The notes beneath the pieces were generated by a model. It ran no database searches, was not told where the DNA came from, and was given only the letters and a program-made list of their open reading frames with translations. Shown here in pieces: positions 55,993 to 64,000 of a stretch of DNA of 64,000 bases. This DNA is from a virus (Duplodnaviria; Caudoviricetes), in the IMG/VR virus record IMGVR_UViG_3300020577_006613, positions 1-64,000 of that record; one strand, 5' to 3'. Position 1 is the first letter of the stretch. Every line of letters begins with the position of its first letter. Made by a program: the position numbers and the translations under genes.

Positions 55993-57444
55993 GGATGTTC
56001 TATGGAAGCTCCGACTAAGTATTTCGATTTCGATTCTCCCAAGGAAGCAATGAACCATTATGCCTCTTGGCCTCAACAGGTGCCTTGGGGTCTATTCCCT
56101 TGCAGGAAATGCAGAGGACAGGGATGGGAATATGATCCAGACGACCCGCCAGATCCGGTTGAAGGCTACAAGCTTGTAAGAAGACTGAAATGCGAAGTAT
56201 GTAAAGGACAGAAACACTCATCGTTGGCTGAAGACAAAGTAGCATTTGAAGCTTACATAGAGTATCACAAGAATTCTTACCAGCAAAAAATGACTGAATA
56301 TGAAAAGCACAACATTACTGTAGAGTCAGCTTTAGCCAAGCTCACCGCTGACGAAGTTTCCGCTCTTAAGAGAGAATGGACTCAAAGAAGATTCTAGTCT
56401 CATTACTCAGAAAGCAATCATGAAAAACTTACTTGTTTTGGCAACGTCTTTCCTTGTTTTTCTTAATGGATGCTCTGTCACTCCAATTGAACCAAAACTA
56501 GAAGCGCAAGCAGAAACTAAGGTAAGAGCTTCGCCCCTACCGATGATGATTGTCAATCCTGGATCTGTTATTCATACAAGCGTCAATAGAACAGTAATTG
56601 TCTTTCCCCAAGACATAATCATAAACATCACAGAAACGGAAACGCTTGTCACATTCACTGACGCTTTTAGTGGTAACAGGACTACCGTTCAAGGCGATAT
56701 TGATATGACGTTCCTGAAATCAACAGACTACAAGATTGTAGATTGGAGAAAGAACAAATGAAAATGACCATTGTTTGCGATAGTATTGACGAAATCAGGC
56801 TTGAAAACTATGAAGCTCAAGTTACTTTTGGTAAAGTAACGAGCATTGATTACGACTTCAGGGACATAGACACTCTTGTTGAAATGATTGGAGTCGATAA
56901 GATTCTTGACGCTATTGACAGAGACAAAGTGCTTAATCACTTTGGCATCTTTGAAGATGAGGATTAAAGCACTTCGTAAACCAAAGCGTGATACCTCAAA
57001 AGCTTCAACTAAAATGGTCGATCTCAATAGAGGGCACCCGACAAAGAAAGGGCTTTATGCTTCTAAGTGAACAGTTGCGAGAACAGATTGATCCGAGCCG
57101 AGTCTTTGATGAGAACCAAGAGATTGTACAGAAGCTTTACACAGAAGCTCTGGCTGCGTCTTTTGGTATCGAACAGGATCGAGACGAAAGCTTTGCCATT
57201 ATTTGCACAATGATGACTATTTGTATGCTGAAAAACCTCAATGAGGTTCCTCGCTCATTCGAAATAGATTATGACGACGAAGATGAAGAACTCATAGCTG
57301 AGCTTGCTGAGTCTCTGGGTTATTACTTGACTTTTGAGGCCATGTGTAGCCGAGGTATAGCAAAGAAGAAGATCGTTAACGGGTCTCCTGTTTACACGGT
57401 TCCCAAGAGCAGAAGCAGAAAGAGTGTCAAGAAGACAAAGTAAT

Positions 57445-58023
57445 ATGCAGATACGAAGAGTCAACTTTTACGGCGGTCCTGGTCTTGGCAAAACAACGAC
57501 CGCTTCTCATATCTTTGCCAGGCTCAAAAATACGATCATTCATAACAACCTGCCTACTCAGATTGAACTCGTTCAAGAGTATGTCAAGAATTGGGCATGG
57601 GAAGGTCGTAAGCCAAAGGGTTTTGATCAAGTCTATATCTGCGCTCAACAAATGAGGAAAGAGGAAATCCCTCTTCGAAATGGAGTTGATGTTGTTGTTA
57701 CAGACTCTCCTCTTCTCATGCAATGCGCTTACGCTCGCAAATACGGGAATTCCTATTGGGAAGCTCTTACCGAATGCGTTCGTCATTTTGAGCAAGTATA
57801 TCCTTCTATTCATATCTTGCTTGACCGGGGCGATAGGCCTTATGTTGCCAAGGGTCGTTACGAATCGCATGAACAAGCAAAGAGTATGGATAGCTATATC
57901 AAAGACGTACTTGATTCTCATGTAGACAGCTATGAGACAATGCCCTACAACGATATTGAAGCTATTGAAAACTTCGTGATGTCTAAAATCACACAGCACA
58001 CAAAGACGATAAGTGGTTCATAA
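57445..58023 (+). CDS. P-loop kinase/ATPase (NadR/AAA_28-like)
   Basis: YGGPGLGKTT, EYVK..AW, VTDSP. Confidence 0.75.
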   Translation: MQIRRVNFYGGPGLGKTTTASHIFARLKNTIIHNNLPTQIELVQEYVKNWAWEGRKPKGFDQVYICAQQMRKEEIPLRNGVDVVVTDSPLLMQCAYARKYGNSYWEALTECVRHFEQVYPSIHILLDRGDRPYVAKGRYESHEQAKSMDSYIKDVLDSHVDSYETMPYNDIEAIENFVMSKITQHTKTISGS

Positions 58024-58049
58024 CTCATCGTAGTAGAAAGGACAGAGTA

Positions 58050-58583
58050 ATGGACAGAGATTTAGTTTACGCAGCACTTGACTCAGAAAGAGATTTTCAG
58101 GACGCATTTCTTGCCGACAAGGGCTTGAATCCCAACAAGACGGTTGGAGAGTTTTTGACTCTTATTAGAACCTATGCAAACAGGGCTGATTATGCTTGGA
58201 CTGGTTCTCCTGGCGATGCAGGCGCTTTGGAAGAAATCCGCAAGATTGCTGCTATTTGCGTTTCTTGTATGGAGAAGCATGGCACTACCATTAGGCCTCT
58301 CTACACAAGCCGAAATGCATCTGTTCAGAAGCCTCTTGTAACTCCCGCTCGTAGAACTCCATTCCAGAATATCAACTGGAACAGTGTTGTTTCTTCGAAC
58401 ATTCAAGCGGTTCGTTACGACCCTAATGCACAAATGCTTCAGATTCGTTTCAGAGATAGCGGTGTTTACGAGTTTGTTGGTGTTCCTCAGCATGTCTATC
58501 AGGCATTCGCTCTTGCTGCCTCTAAGGGCAAGTTCTTCCATGCAAACATCCGAGGCACCTACACAAGCCAGAAGGTAGGTTAA
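58050..58583 (+). CDS. MazG-like helical domain fused to a KTSC domain
   Basis: ER..QD, KIAA.CV..ME; VSSNIQAVRYD..L.I.F..VY..VP...Y..A.SKG.FF. Confidence 0.7.
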   Translation: MDRDLVYAALDSERDFQDAFLADKGLNPNKTVGEFLTLIRTYANRADYAWTGSPGDAGALEEIRKIAAICVSCMEKHGTTIRPLYTSRNASVQKPLVTPARRTPFQNINWNSVVSSNIQAVRYDPNAQMLQIRFRDSGVYEFVGVPQHVYQAFALAASKGKFFHANIRGTYTSQKVG

Positions 58584-58589
58584 ACAGTT

Positions 58590-59276
58590 ATGAAAAAGCA
58601 ATTAATCGCAAATTCAACAGTTCTTGAGATTAGAGAAGCCAATAAAAAGCTTCTTGATATGGGCAAAACAACTCATGCTGCCCGTTATCGAGAACTGTCT
58701 AGGCGTTTCAATCTAAGCGAATGGTCTATTCGCTGGATCTGTCAAGGCAGAGAGTATATTGGCGCAGGCGGCTTTATTGAAAGATTCGACCACGAAGGCG
58801 GCTTCAATAGAGCCATTTCAGATGCCGAAGCCCTTGCTGTCAAGCTTGAGTTTAGCAAAAACGCAACTGTTATTGACCTCGCCAATAAGTACAAGGTTTC
58901 TCCGGTTACGATTCAGAGAATTTTACTTGGCAAGACTTACAGAAACGTTGGCGGTCCTTTGGCCTTCAGAAGTTCTATTAAGAAGAGAATGGGCAACAAG
59001 TCCTCTCTCGTAGCCAGCACTCTTGCTAAACCGACAACGGTTATAGCCCCCAGAGTTATTTCTCATCCGCCACAGACAACGCCTATTAAGTCTGTATCTT
59101 CAACGCCTAATCTTTCCACTATAGATGTCTTTCTTATCAGAACTGGTTACTCTTTTGGCGCTTCGATTGAAGCTCTTCAGATTCAGTTCCGTCTTAGCAG
59201 GCAAACGGTAGTCGAAATCATCAACGGCAAAATGTTTCCCAACCTTCCTGGCCCCAAAGAAACGACACTTGTATGA
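58590..59276 (+). CDS. Multi-HTH DNA-binding protein
   Basis: Three LA.+Y/F.VS..TI..I..GK-type repeats. Confidence 0.6.
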   Translation: MKKQLIANSTVLEIREANKKLLDMGKTTHAARYRELSRRFNLSEWSIRWICQGREYIGAGGFIERFDHEGGFNRAISDAEALAVKLEFSKNATVIDLANKYKVSPVTIQRILLGKTYRNVGGPLAFRSSIKKRMGNKSSLVASTLAKPTTVIAPRVISHPPQTTPIKSVSSTPNLSTIDVFLIRTGYSFGASIEALQIQFRLSRQTVVEIINGKMFPNLPGPKETTLV

Positions 59277-59905
59277 GTCCTGAACAAATTCTTCGTAAAG
59301 CGGCTTTCATGATTAGAAGTGCAGACCCTTCTATCACCATACAAGAAGCCGAGGCAAGAGTAAGAAACTACACAGGCTTTCCATCATCGTCCAAAGACAG
59401 GGATGATTCATACAAAAGACTGTCGTGGGATGATTACTTCATGTCTTTGGCTTTTCTTGTAGCCATGCGTTCGCCTGACGCTCAAACTCAGCACGGATGC
59501 GTCATTGTTGATCAAAACAACAAGGTTATTTCGACTGGCTACAATGGATGGTTGCAGGGGTCTTCTGATGAAGACATGCCCAACATTAGGCCTAAGAAGT
59601 ATTTGCATGTTATCCACTCAGAAGTCAATGCTGTTTTGTCGGCTCAGCAAAACCTTGTTGGTTGTAGAGTTTATGTAACTGGTCCGCCTTGTAATGAGTG
59701 CCTTAAGACGATGGCTCGCGTTGGAATCAAGGAAATCATCATAGGCGATAGGCCTCATGTTTTTTCTGAGGGATACCTTGAACTTCAGTCGTTCATTTGC
59801 GCATCTCAAGATATCAAGATTCGTAAGTTTACTGGAACTCTTGCGTCTTTGGATGGCAGAACCATATCAAAGGAAAGCCATGAGAGTTTACAAAGAACGA
59901 AATAA
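59273..59905 (+). CDS. dCMP deaminase family protein
   Basis: WDDYFM, RSPD, TGYNG, HSEVNA, PCNEC. Confidence 0.88.
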   Translation: MSPEQILRKAAFMIRSADPSITIQEAEARVRNYTGFPSSSKDRDDSYKRLSWDDYFMSLAFLVAMRSPDAQTQHGCVIVDQNNKVISTGYNGWLQGSSDEDMPNIRPKKYLHVIHSEVNAVLSAQQNLVGCRVYVTGPPCNECLKTMARVGIKEIIIGDRPHVFSEGYLELQSFICASQDIKIRKFTGTLASLDGRTISKESHESLQRTK

Positions 59906-60249
59906 CCTCGAAGAAATAGACGCTCTTATCCATGAACGGATTTATGGACTAACTACCTATAAACAGGACGCAAGCGTTCGAGACTGGCAGGGGTTGATCC
60001 CTAAATACTCTTCAGATTTTTCACTTGCAATGTCAGTCGCTGAGAAAGTCGGCCTTTTCGACACTATAATGCTGGCGAAGGACCGAGAGAACTGGATCAC
60101 GCTTGAAGCCTCAGTAAGTAGTTTGAACGAAACCCAGTCTCAGAAGTTCTATTCTTCAGGTCTTGATATCAAGGCCAAAGCTTTCTCTTCTGGCTTTACC
60201 GCTGCTGAAGCAGTTGCAAGAGCCTGTTTGGTTCTGAAGGTAAAAGAAA

Positions 60250-61281
60250 ATGAGCAATCCAGCAGGTCCGATCAACAGAGTCTTGGAGTCCTTTAGAAGA
60301 CTTGTTCCAGAAGACAAATCTGCTGTTATCGCATGCTCAGGCGGGGCCGATTCAATGGCCCTGCTTTTTTGCGCGCAAAAGACTGGACGAACCCTTATTG
60401 CTGCTCATGTTCTTCACGACATGAGGCCTTACGATGAAGCATCAAAAGACAGGGATCTGGTTCAGTCATACTGCGAAAGTAACGCCATTCATTTCGTTGA
60501 CAAGGTTGCAAAGCTAAGGTTTGGCGAAAAAATCCCAACAGAAGAAGCATACGGATACGAAAGACAAAGACTCTTATGGGGAGTGGCTGATGAGTACAAC
60601 GGATATGTTGTAACCGCTCATCACGCAGATGACCAGCTTGAAACAATGCTCATGAAGCTCTGTAGAGGTTCAGGTCTTCGTGGACTGTCGGGCATTTCAG
60701 AGACACACAACCACAACGACAACATTACTGTTCGACCAATGCTCTCAATCTCCAAGGATGATGTATACGAGATTTGCAGACAGAACAATGTTCCGTTCAA
60801 TGAAGATCAAACCAACAAAGATACCAAGTACACTCGAAACGCTATTCGACACAATGTGATTCCTGCTTTGAAGGCTCTGTTTCCTCATTGTTCAGAAAAG
60901 GCAAACGACGCTGCTGCTATCTTTTCACAGGCGCAGGAACTTGCAAACGAAAGCCTCTACGATCTCAAGTTGCACCAGAAGACTAACATTGTTTATGATC
61001 CCGACTGGGGAGGTGGCGGTACTTGCGTAAGCCTTCCTATTGAGGCTTTGCAACTTGCCAACAACATTACTATCTATGAGTGGCTTAGAAGTTCTGTTGT
61101 CTATCTTGCAGGAGGTTTTGAATACGTTGCTCATGACAGCGTAAACAAGGAAATGGTTGACAAAGTAATCTTGGCTATTAGAAACAGGTCTAAGAGAACC
61201 TTTGATTGGCCTCTCAATATCAAAGTTAGCGTTTCCAAGACTGAAGTAACAGTGATGATTGTTAAGAAGATTCTGCCATGA
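60250..61281 (+). CDS. tilS: tRNA(Ile)-lysidine synthetase
   Basis: SGGADS, TAHHADDQLET, RG.G..GL, RPML, D.TN....RN..R. Confidence 0.9.
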   Translation: MSNPAGPINRVLESFRRLVPEDKSAVIACSGGADSMALLFCAQKTGRTLIAAHVLHDMRPYDEASKDRDLVQSYCESNAIHFVDKVAKLRFGEKIPTEEAYGYERQRLLWGVADEYNGYVVTAHHADDQLETMLMKLCRGSGLRGLSGISETHNHNDNITVRPMLSISKDDVYEICRQNNVPFNEDQTNKDTKYTRNAIRHNVIPALKALFPHCSEKANDAAAIFSQAQELANESLYDLKLHQKTNIVYDPDWGGGGTCVSLPIEALQLANNITIYEWLRSSVVYLAGGFEYVAHDSVNKEMVDKVILAIRNRSKRTFDWPLNIKVSVSKTEVTVMIVKKILP

Positions 61282-62123
61282 AGAAAGCTCCTGTTGTCAA
61301 GTGGATTATTGAAGAAGGGACGTTTTCTGAGGATATAGCTTCAATTGTTGAGGCTGTGCGGTCTCAGAACATGATAGCTGAAACTGTAAGATATAGACCC
61401 TTTGAAAGCGGAGAATACAATCAGTTTGGTGACAACGACTGCGTTATTGTGCTGGGTTCGATCAACCTAGTCAGGCAAATCCAAAGACAAAAGCCTTGGA
61501 TTCCTGGAAGCTTTGCCAATTTCCCCAACTTCGACTGCATGACCTATTACGCCTACTTTGGCAAGTTTCTCTGGAACAATCCTTACTACATAATGCCTCT
61601 GGCAGAAGTAAAGAGAAAGTTCAACGACTTACAGTTGAAGCACGGTAGACTCTTCATAAGACCTTGTACTGGCACGAAAGCTTTTTCAGGTCAGATTCTT
61701 GATTATGAAGATCTTCTTCGCCATGAAGACCAATATGGAAAGCCAGAGCTTCCTGTTGTTATCGCTCCAGGAATGGAGATAAGAAGCGAGTTTAGGCTTT
61801 TCTGCTCCGGTAATAAAGTCATTGCCGGTTCAATGTACTACAATCAAGAAGGAATGTACGAAACCGCTCCTATTGATATGCTTGCCGGGGAGAAATATTC
61901 TACACTGGCAGTAAACTATGCCCATGATATTCTCAGTCAAGTTTCTTGGCGACCTGATAAGATGTTCGCTATGGACATCGGAATTGGCCCCAGAAACGAG
62001 GTAGGCCTTATCGAGATTAACAGCTTTAGCTGTTCTGGCTGGTACAGGTCTCCTCCATCTCTTATTGTTGCCGAAGCCGCTCGACTGGCAAGAGAAGAGT
62101 GGGAGGAAATTAACAATCTCTAG
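61278..62123 (+). CDS. ATP-grasp protein (R2K/DUF4343-like)
   Basis: FIRP...K.FSG, EFR.F, MDIG..IEINSFSCSG.Y. Confidence 0.75.
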   Translation: MKKAPVVKWIIEEGTFSEDIASIVEAVRSQNMIAETVRYRPFESGEYNQFGDNDCVIVLGSINLVRQIQRQKPWIPGSFANFPNFDCMTYYAYFGKFLWNNPYYIMPLAEVKRKFNDLQLKHGRLFIRPCTGTKAFSGQILDYEDLLRHEDQYGKPELPVVIAPGMEIRSEFRLFCSGNKVIAGSMYYNQEGMYETAPIDMLAGEKYSTLAVNYAHDILSQVSWRPDKMFAMDIGIGPRNEVGLIEINSFSCSGWYRSPPSLIVAEAARLAREEWEEINNL

Positions 62124-62216
62124 AAAAGAACGAACTTAAGAAGGATAAAGAAACCTTCGTCGGTAAGTTTCATAAAGACATCCACTTACGAGTGGAGGCC
62201 TACCTGGAGGCCCCTT

Positions 62217-63170
62217 ATGAAACTGATACTCTTTGTCTTTTCTGTTCTTCTTGTTCTTTTCTCTAAACCAGCGTTTTCTAGCGTAACAATAGTTCCGCTG
62301 AAAGCAAATGACAAAGCAATCGACAACTTTCCGTTTGTTGGCATGATGATTAATGTCAGCAACAATTCTTGCGGATCTGGAACCGTCATTGGCGACGGTT
62401 CTTTTGTCTTAACGGCCAGGCATGTTGTAACTCATAATGGCTCGGATATGGGAATGTTGCTAGATGGCTCTAACTTTGTCTTTGTAATAGGGGATAAGAA
62501 GTACAAAGTCTTGAATGTTTATGGACATCCTTCAGCAGACATAGCAATAGTCAAGATTGACGGAATACATCAACAAGCAGCAAAGCTTTCGTTTTCAACT
62601 CGTTTTATAGACAAAGAGTTCTACGGAACAGGTTATGGTAAGGGGTCGTCTTCAACTACATCAAAGTGCATAGATTGGAACTTGGAATACGGAACTATGC
62701 GAGTCTATAAGAACAAGATGGATACCGAGTTTATTAGCCTCAAGATTTCTGATTCAAACATAACAATGACGAGAGTATTCGTTTTCGACCTTAGCGATCC
62801 CAATACGCTAGGGAAAAGTGATGGAGCTATTGAGGGCGAAGGAATGCACGGCCCCGGCGACTCTGGTGGCGGTATCTTTGTTATTGAGGATGGAGAGCTT
62901 CATCTTTTCGGCGTTATATCAGCATTAACTCAAGAAGCTCCATATATGGGATTTGTGCATGATGTTTCTGCATGTAAAGAATGGATTGAGTCTATTGTGA
63001 AAAATGCGGTTGCCGTTCCTAAGCTCCAAGCCCTAGGCGAACAGAATAGCATTATCGGTGAAGCCCTAAAAGCGCCTTCACCAAAAGTCGATACACCTAT
63101 CACTCCTTTCTTGAGTAACGAAAGGCGAAGACGTAGCAGGATACCCCCATTCGATGAAATGCCCTTTTAA
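62217..63170 (+). CDS. Secreted trypsin-like serine protease
   Basis: Signal peptide, LTARHV, ADIA, GDSGG catalytic triad. Confidence 0.85.
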   Translation: MKLILFVFSVLLVLFSKPAFSSVTIVPLKANDKAIDNFPFVGMMINVSNNSCGSGTVIGDGSFVLTARHVVTHNGSDMGMLLDGSNFVFVIGDKKYKVLNVYGHPSADIAIVKIDGIHQQAAKLSFSTRFIDKEFYGTGYGKGSSSTTSKCIDWNLEYGTMRVYKNKMDTEFISLKISDSNITMTRVFVFDLSDPNTLGKSDGAIEGEGMHGPGDSGGGIFVIEDGELHLFGVISALTQEAPYMGFVHDVSACKEWIESIVKNAVAVPKLQALGEQNSIIGEALKAPSPKVDTPITPFLSNERRRRSRIPPFDEMPF

Positions 63171-64000
63171 CTTTTCGAAGAACAAACCAGAAGAGATCAA
63201 CTCTGAATGTTGGTTGAAGGTTTTCAGATTGCATCCATCTGGTGTTGGTATTGAAAAAGCAAACAACAAGCTAAATGGGGATGCCAATGAAGGCGCAGTC
63301 AAATACTGCGGCCCCTATATTCATGCCAACCAGTCTGGTTGGTGGCTAACCTCTCCCATAGATGTTGACATAACCTATCGAGGTAATGGACAATACGAAG
63401 AGAACTTTCTGTCCGAATACGAACCTTTAGAAAAGTTCGTTATCAGGTCCAACCTTCGACCCAATGACAAATTTAGGGATGAAGGCAGAACTCTTATTGG
63501 AAAGGGCGTTGCGGCTCCTGAAGTTTACCAGATATGGACAGGTTGCATTTTTAAGACACCTCCAGGTTGGGGTCTTCATATTAGAACTCCGATCAACTTT
63601 ACGCAAGTTCATCGTCGTCCATTCTGGATTCAAGAAGGCATGCTTGAAACTGACTGGATGGCATATGACATTTGGATCAATCTGGAATTCCACACCATAA
63701 ACCAAACAGTTTCTTTGCGCAGAAATATGTGGCCTCCATTAGCCCAAATAATACCTGTACGCAGAGAGTCATATCAAAACAAATGGTCAATGACTGACGA
63801 AATCCTTGACTCTTCAAGAGAAGATCATAAAGAGGTTTGGGATTTTTGGCAGGAATACAACTGGCGCAAGTGGAAGGCTATGGGAGAGAAAGATACTCGA
63901 ACATACCACAAAACAAGAAAAGAAGCCATGAGGCATCTCTACCCAACTCAGGAAACGACGGATTCTTCACCAGAATCTTTGCCGAACGAGGACGGTAGCC
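63154..64000 (+). CDS. DUF6065-like protein, runs off the window end
   Basis: Open frame from ATG 63154 with YCGPY..AN..GWW, TPPGW.L, G.LETDW; absent from the ORF track because no stop lies in the window. Confidence 0.6.
   Translation, partial: MKCPFNFSKNKPEEINSECWLKVFRLHPSGVGIEKANNKLNGDANEGAVKYCGPYIHANQSGWWLTSPIDVDITYRGNGQYEENFLSEYEPLEKFVIRSNLRPNDKFRDEGRTLIGKGVAAPEVYQIWTGCIFKTPPGWGLHIRTPINFTQVHRRPFWIQEGMLETDWMAYDIWINLEFHTINQTVSLRRNMWPPLAQIIPVRRESYQNKWSMTDEILDSSREDHKEVWDFWQEYNWRKWKAMGEKDTRTYHKTRKEAMRHLYPTQETTDSSPESLPNEDGS

Noticed and set aside
1-64000. Genome-wide TAG reassignment (code 15 or 16)
   Set aside because: Conserved genes are full length under code 11, several end at TAG with the next gene starting right after, and only one gene shows internal TAGs.

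Overview
This window is a gene-dense, almost entirely plus-strand segment of a large (jumbo-type) bacteriophage genome. It contains no virion or core replication genes. The host is probably a Planctomycetota (Phycisphaerae-like) bacterium, inferred from my recall of the porin and ClpC N-domain families, not from a search. The region is rich in translation and RNA genes: LysRS, catalytic-domain-only HisRS and GluRS, EF-Ts, TilS, Thg1, TrmH, an RNA ligase, Ro60 with Y-like RNAs and seven intact tRNAs. It also holds NAD/ADP-ribose genes (WGR-PARP, NADAR, NAMPT, an NMNAT-like gene, Prs), a PspA module, DNA repair genes and three homing endonucleases. Main hidden features not shown by the ORF track: (1) two tandem amber-suppressor (CUA) tRNAs and, 3 kb downstream, a Pth2-type peptidyl-tRNA hydrolase gene with two in-frame TAG codons, preceded by a 160-nt structured RNA, in a genome that otherwise uses TAG as stop; (2) a 222-nt RNase P RNA with almost no specificity domain; (3) three Y-like RNAs upstream of Ro60, one apparently circularly permuted into a tRNA frame; (4) homing endonucleases that break their target (tRNA-Arg, thg1 5' end) and supply a recoded replacement; (5) eight exact copies of GGCTAGACTTTC at gene boundaries. 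All family calls are by motif recognition only; no searches were run.
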